NCBI GenBank assembly: GCA_963705105.1
Contig: CAVPIW010000005.1
Location: 588,987 to 652,986 of the forward strand
Reading direction: 5' to 3'
Origin: an uncultured Nitrospiraceae bacterium
Lineage (GTDB): Bacteria; Nitrospirota; Thermodesulfovibrionia; Thermodesulfovibrionales; Dissulfurispiraceae
DNA length: 64,000 nt
This document shows positions 60,386-64,000 of the stretch, piece by piece. The translations under genes and the position numbers were made by a program. Within the stretch, counting starts at the first letter, position 1. Every line of letters starts with the position of its first letter. A model generated the notes under the pieces. The model did no database searches and was not told the origin of the DNA. It saw only the letters and a list, made by a program, of their open reading frames with translations.

Positions 60386-60805
60386 TCAAGCTGTCTTCTG
60401 CCAGGGATCGATCACCTCAAGTCCGGGATAATCGAAGTCCCGGGCATTCCGCGTCACAAGCCGCAATTCGTGGTGCAACGCCGTTGCAGCAAGAAGACTG
60501 TCGATTGAGGGAACAGGGCGGCCGACCTCGGCAAGCAGTCTCCCCCAGCGGTCGGCCACGGCGAGATTGACGGGCAGCACCCGTCCTTCGAACCACAAAG
60601 GAAGATCATGCTCCAGCCAGAGGCGAAGCTTCTCCCGTTTCCCTCTGTCGGCAAGTCTCTCAACACCTTTCCGGATTTCGCCGAGTGTCAGCACGCTCAC
60701 ATACAGCGCTTCAACCGGGATATTTTCGAGCCACCGGACAACCAGTTTATTCTGCTGTTTTCGTATCGTCTCGGAGACGACGTTCGTGTCGAGCAGATAG
60801 CTCAT
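60386..60805 (-). CDS. vapC: VapC PIN toxin
   Basis: YLLDTNVVSE, D.LLAATA, LVTRN..DF. Confidence 0.92.
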   Translation of the reverse strand: MSYLLDTNVVSETIRKQQNKLVVRWLENIPVEALYVSVLTLGEIRKGVERLADRGKREKLRLWLEHDLPLWFEGRVLPVNLAVADRWGRLLAEVGRPVPSIDSLLAATALHHELRLVTRNARDFDYPGLEVIDPWQKTA

Positions 60806-61059
60806 GAGATTTCGGCTTCACGGGTGAGGGTCTGCTCCCGCTTCAGGTCGAGATCCACACCGTAAAGAGGCGATTTCCGCATAAAATCGACGAAGCTCTC
60901 CCGCGGGTGTCTGAGCCGTTCATAGTCATCTCTCGAAATAATCACGGCAGTCGGCTCTCCGCGCATCGTGATAGTCTGCGGGCCTTCCTTTTGGGCCTGT
61001 TTGATCACTTCACTCAAGCGCGCTTTTGCTTCCTGAAGTTGCCATGTCTTCACGGGCAT
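60802..61059 (-). CDS. Phd/YefM-family antitoxin
   Basis: WQLQEAKARLSEV, GPQTIT.RG..AVI; ATGA overlap with vapC. Confidence 0.9.
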   Translation of the reverse strand: MPVKTWQLQEAKARLSEVIKQAQKEGPQTITMRGEPTAVIISRDDYERLRHPRESFVDFMRKSPLYGVDLDLKREQTLTREAEIS

Positions 61060-61065
61060 CTCCTT

Positions 61066-61080
61066 ACTAGTCAGACTAGT
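61066..61080. promoter_or_regulatory. Palindromic TA operator
   Basis: ACTAGTC-A-GACTAGT between the minus-strand TATAAT (61083-88) and the antitoxin RBS. Confidence 0.65.
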
Positions 61081-61523
61081 CTATTATACCCTTTCCGCCG
61101 TCGGGGGAGCAAGATGCTCCGCAGGCTGGGTACCCAACCGTTTCAGAATGAACCCTGATCCGCTCGGCGGCCTTGAGCGCTTCTTCAGCCCGCGATCGGG
61201 CCTTCACATATTGTAAATTGAATTGACAGGTTGTACCGAAGTGGGGATAGGTGACTGCAGAAATGGTCCGCCCTCGCAGGCACGGCGGATCGCCCTGCCC
61301 TGCTCGTGTACGGCGGAGAACGGGAGCTGAGCAGAGGGAACGTGACGATTATGCCTTGGAGCAAACTCCCGTAGGCACCTCTTGCCTCATCAGGCCGGCA
61401 TCATAGCGCTACTGGCTCACGAGTGGCGTTGTCGTCTCTCCGGATTCCATCCTTTGCAAGAGTGCTGCATTTTGCCAATAGAACTTGCATATTGCAACAT
61501 CTTAGGTGTATCATGTACTTATA

Positions 61524-62708
61524 ATGATACCGCGCACTATAGAGACTATTGCTGTTGCCCTTGCGGCTCAGTACCCGGTCCTGACAGTCACGGGTCCCAG
61601 ACAGAGCGGCAAGACCACGTTGTGCCGCAAGGTCTTTGCGAAAAAAACCTATGTCAATCTTGAGGCCCCCGACATGCGCCGGTTTGCCGAGGACGATCCG
61701 AGAGGTTTCCTGGCACAGTACACCGATGGGGCGGTGCTTGACGAGATACAGAGGGTTCCCTCTTTAATCTCATATATACAAACCATCGTCGACGAGCAAA
61801 GGACTCCCGGCCTGTTTGTTCTGACGGGCAGTCAGCAGTTCGAAATCATGTCGGGCATCAGCCAGTCTCTCGCCGGCCGGACTGCCCTCCTGAAACTGCT
61901 GCCTCTCAGTATTCACGAACTGAATGGTGTTTACAACATCTCATCCGTCGACCACTTGCTTCTCTCCGGTTTCTATCCAAGGATTTACGATATGAGCCTG
62001 AATCCCACACAGGCGCTGGGTGACTACATCGAGACCTATGTGGAGCGCGATCTTCGTCTCCTGGTCAACGTCAGGGAGCTCAGCCGCTTCAGGAAATTCG
62101 TGAGACTCTGCGCGGGCAGGGTCGGACAGCTCCTGAACCTGAACAGCCTCGCCGATGACGTGGGCATCTCGCACACCACGGCGCGGGGATGGATCACCCT
62201 GTTGGAGGCAAGTTTCATAGTCTTTCTGCTGCCACCCTTTCATCGGAACATCTCAAAGAGACTCATCAAATCGCCCAAACTTTATTTCTACGACGTGGGC
62301 CTGGCAAGCTACCTGTTAGGCCTTGAGACGGAGCTGCAGGTTGGCAGAGATCCCTTAAGGGGGAACCTCTTCGAGAATCTGGTGGTGATGGAGTTTCTCA
62401 AGTATCGGCTCAATCAGGGAAAGCGAAGCAACCTGACCTTCTACCGTGATAGCAGCGGCAACGAGGTGGATCTTGTGCTTGAGTTCGGCGCCGATCTTTT
62501 CCCTGTGGAGATCAAAGCCGGCGCCACCGTCGTGCCGGATTTCTTCAGGGGGCTGAAGCGATTCTCACGGGTCTTTCCTCAGTTGCCTTCCGGAGAAGCC
62601 GTCGTATACGGCGGCAGCGAGGTGCAACTCCGGACGGATGTGAAAGTATACCCCTCAGTTAAGGTCCACGAGCTTCTGGAATCAATCGATCAAGCCGATT
62701 CCTCGTGA
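61524..62708 (+). CDS. AAA_14 ATPase with DUF4143 domain (copy 2)
   Basis: Near-identical to 58113-59285 except the 3' end. Confidence 0.92.
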   Translation: MIPRTIETIAVALAAQYPVLTVTGPRQSGKTTLCRKVFAKKTYVNLEAPDMRRFAEDDPRGFLAQYTDGAVLDEIQRVPSLISYIQTIVDEQRTPGLFVLTGSQQFEIMSGISQSLAGRTALLKLLPLSIHELNGVYNISSVDHLLLSGFYPRIYDMSLNPTQALGDYIETYVERDLRLLVNVRELSRFRKFVRLCAGRVGQLLNLNSLADDVGISHTTARGWITLLEASFIVFLLPPFHRNISKRLIKSPKLYFYDVGLASYLLGLETELQVGRDPLRGNLFENLVVMEFLKYRLNQGKRSNLTFYRDSSGNEVDLVLEFGADLFPVEIKAGATVVPDFFRGLKRFSRVFPQLPSGEAVVYGGSEVQLRTDVKVYPSVKVHELLESIDQADSS

Positions 62709-62967
62709 TGTAAAGATTCCTGACACAAATTCACACGTGTCTCCATTTCGAACCCGGTTTTTTCTATGTACTTAAGTGGACAGGGAAGCGGCTCGTCCAG
62801 CACCGTCTTGGAAAGAAAAATTTGACGGGATCGAAATGTCGTCGTCGGATCAGACTGTTTTGCCCGTCAATGATTGACACTGCCACGCTCTATACTTACA
62901 ATTAAGTAAGAACTCTCGGATATAAGCACGATGCCCGCTGAAAAAGTCGTTCACGCGGGACTTATGA

Positions 62968-63231
<264 letters not shown>

Positions 63232-63234
63232 AGG

Positions 63235-63603
63235 ATGCTTTTCAAAACGGACGAGAACCTGCCTGTGGAAATAGCGATACTGCTGGCCGATGCCGGACAT
63301 GACGCGAAGACTGTAACCAATCAGGGGCTGACAGGTGCGAGTGACGATGTTCTTTTCTCGACGTGTGTTAAGGAACGTCGGGTCCTCGTCACCCTCGACA
63401 ATGACTTCGGCGATATCAGGGTCTATCCGTATGACAATAACCCGGGCATCATTGTGCTGCGGCTGCGCAATCACGGAAAGCTTCATGTGATGGATGTTTT
63501 TCGTCGTCTTCTCCCTTTGATCGGCAGGGAGCCATTACAGGCGCACCTTTGGATCGTTGAGGAGTCAAGGGTTCGGATTCGAGGAAGAAACACAATCTCC
63601 TAA
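63235..63603 (+). CDS. DUF5615 PIN-like toxin
   Basis: DENLP, GHD, SDD, LVTLDNDFG, PGIIVLR. Confidence 0.88.
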   Translation: MLFKTDENLPVEIAILLADAGHDAKTVTNQGLTGASDDVLFSTCVKERRVLVTLDNDFGDIRVYPYDNNPGIIVLRLRNHGKLHVMDVFRRLLPLIGREPLQAHLWIVEESRVRIRGRNTIS

Positions 63604-63834
63604 CTCCTGGGGAACGACCGCGACGAGTCCCCCTGCCCCCCCCTTGCTGGCAATAGGAATGCGCCTCTGATTTCTCGTCTTGCGGTATGGCCAGATAGTG
63701 TCAAATTGATATGAAAATGTCAATTTGACATGTCATTTTGAACGTCCCCATTTTTCCTGCTGACTGGCACATTTGCAACTCGTTGTTTTTTCCTATAGTC
63801 TTCACCCCTCTTTGACTGGCACGCATCTTGTACA

Positions 63835-63894
63835 ATTTTGATGTTTGAAGAAGACGATGATCTCAAGCCTGTTGAGATCAAATCGGGACAGACC
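63835..63894 (+). pseudogene. Short DUF4143 relic
   Basis: Translates ILMFEEDDDLKPVEIKSGQT, matching the P(I/V)EIK(S/A)G motif of neighbouring genes. Confidence 0.5.
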
Positions 63895-64000
63895 GGGCAT
63901 CGTGTAAGGAAACCCGACATTATGACACTCAAACTGCTGTCCACAAACCCGATATCGGAGCATCACTGCATCCGCATGTGCCCCGTTCATGCTCTAAAAT

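Noticed and set aside
58113..62708. Diversity-generating retroelement template/variable pair
   Set aside because: No reverse transcriptase is present and the differences are not confined to adenines.

Overview
Mostly GC-rich housekeeping chromosome of an anaerobic bacterium. Gene content and order suggest Nitrospirota/Thermodesulfovibrionia or a deltaproteobacterium (inference only). Core genes include uvrC, PBP1A, acyl-CoA synthetase, cvpA-rmuC, yggS-proC-yggT-divIVA-hisS, a sigma54 two-component system, dapL-folK-yjbQ, tRNA-Met, split transketolase-ftsEX-envC-ctpA, CBS-pyrophosphatase, a FNOR-cooF-cooS CO dehydrogenase cluster, purF and uvrB. From about 52.2 kb an accessory region carries two exported metallophosphoesterases, then AAA-ATPase/DUF4143 genes and relics interleaved with three toxin-antitoxin pairs. 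Four observations stand out. (1) About 19 intergenic loci belong to one family of modular, nested-palindromic repeats; their modules are reshuffled at a GG(G/A)AAGGC core, with one precise internal collapse and one nested insertion, and no transposase is present in the window. (2) An outer-membrane beta-barrel (DUF3373-like) gene has an in-frame UGA followed by a SECIS-like hairpin, making it a candidate selenoprotein. (3) A promoter-driven ~160-nt structured RNA carries repeated GUCUCAGG/GGA motifs. (4) The AAA-DUF4143/TA region is cassette-like and includes a near-identical gene duplication. All product calls come from motif recognition by eye; no database search was run.
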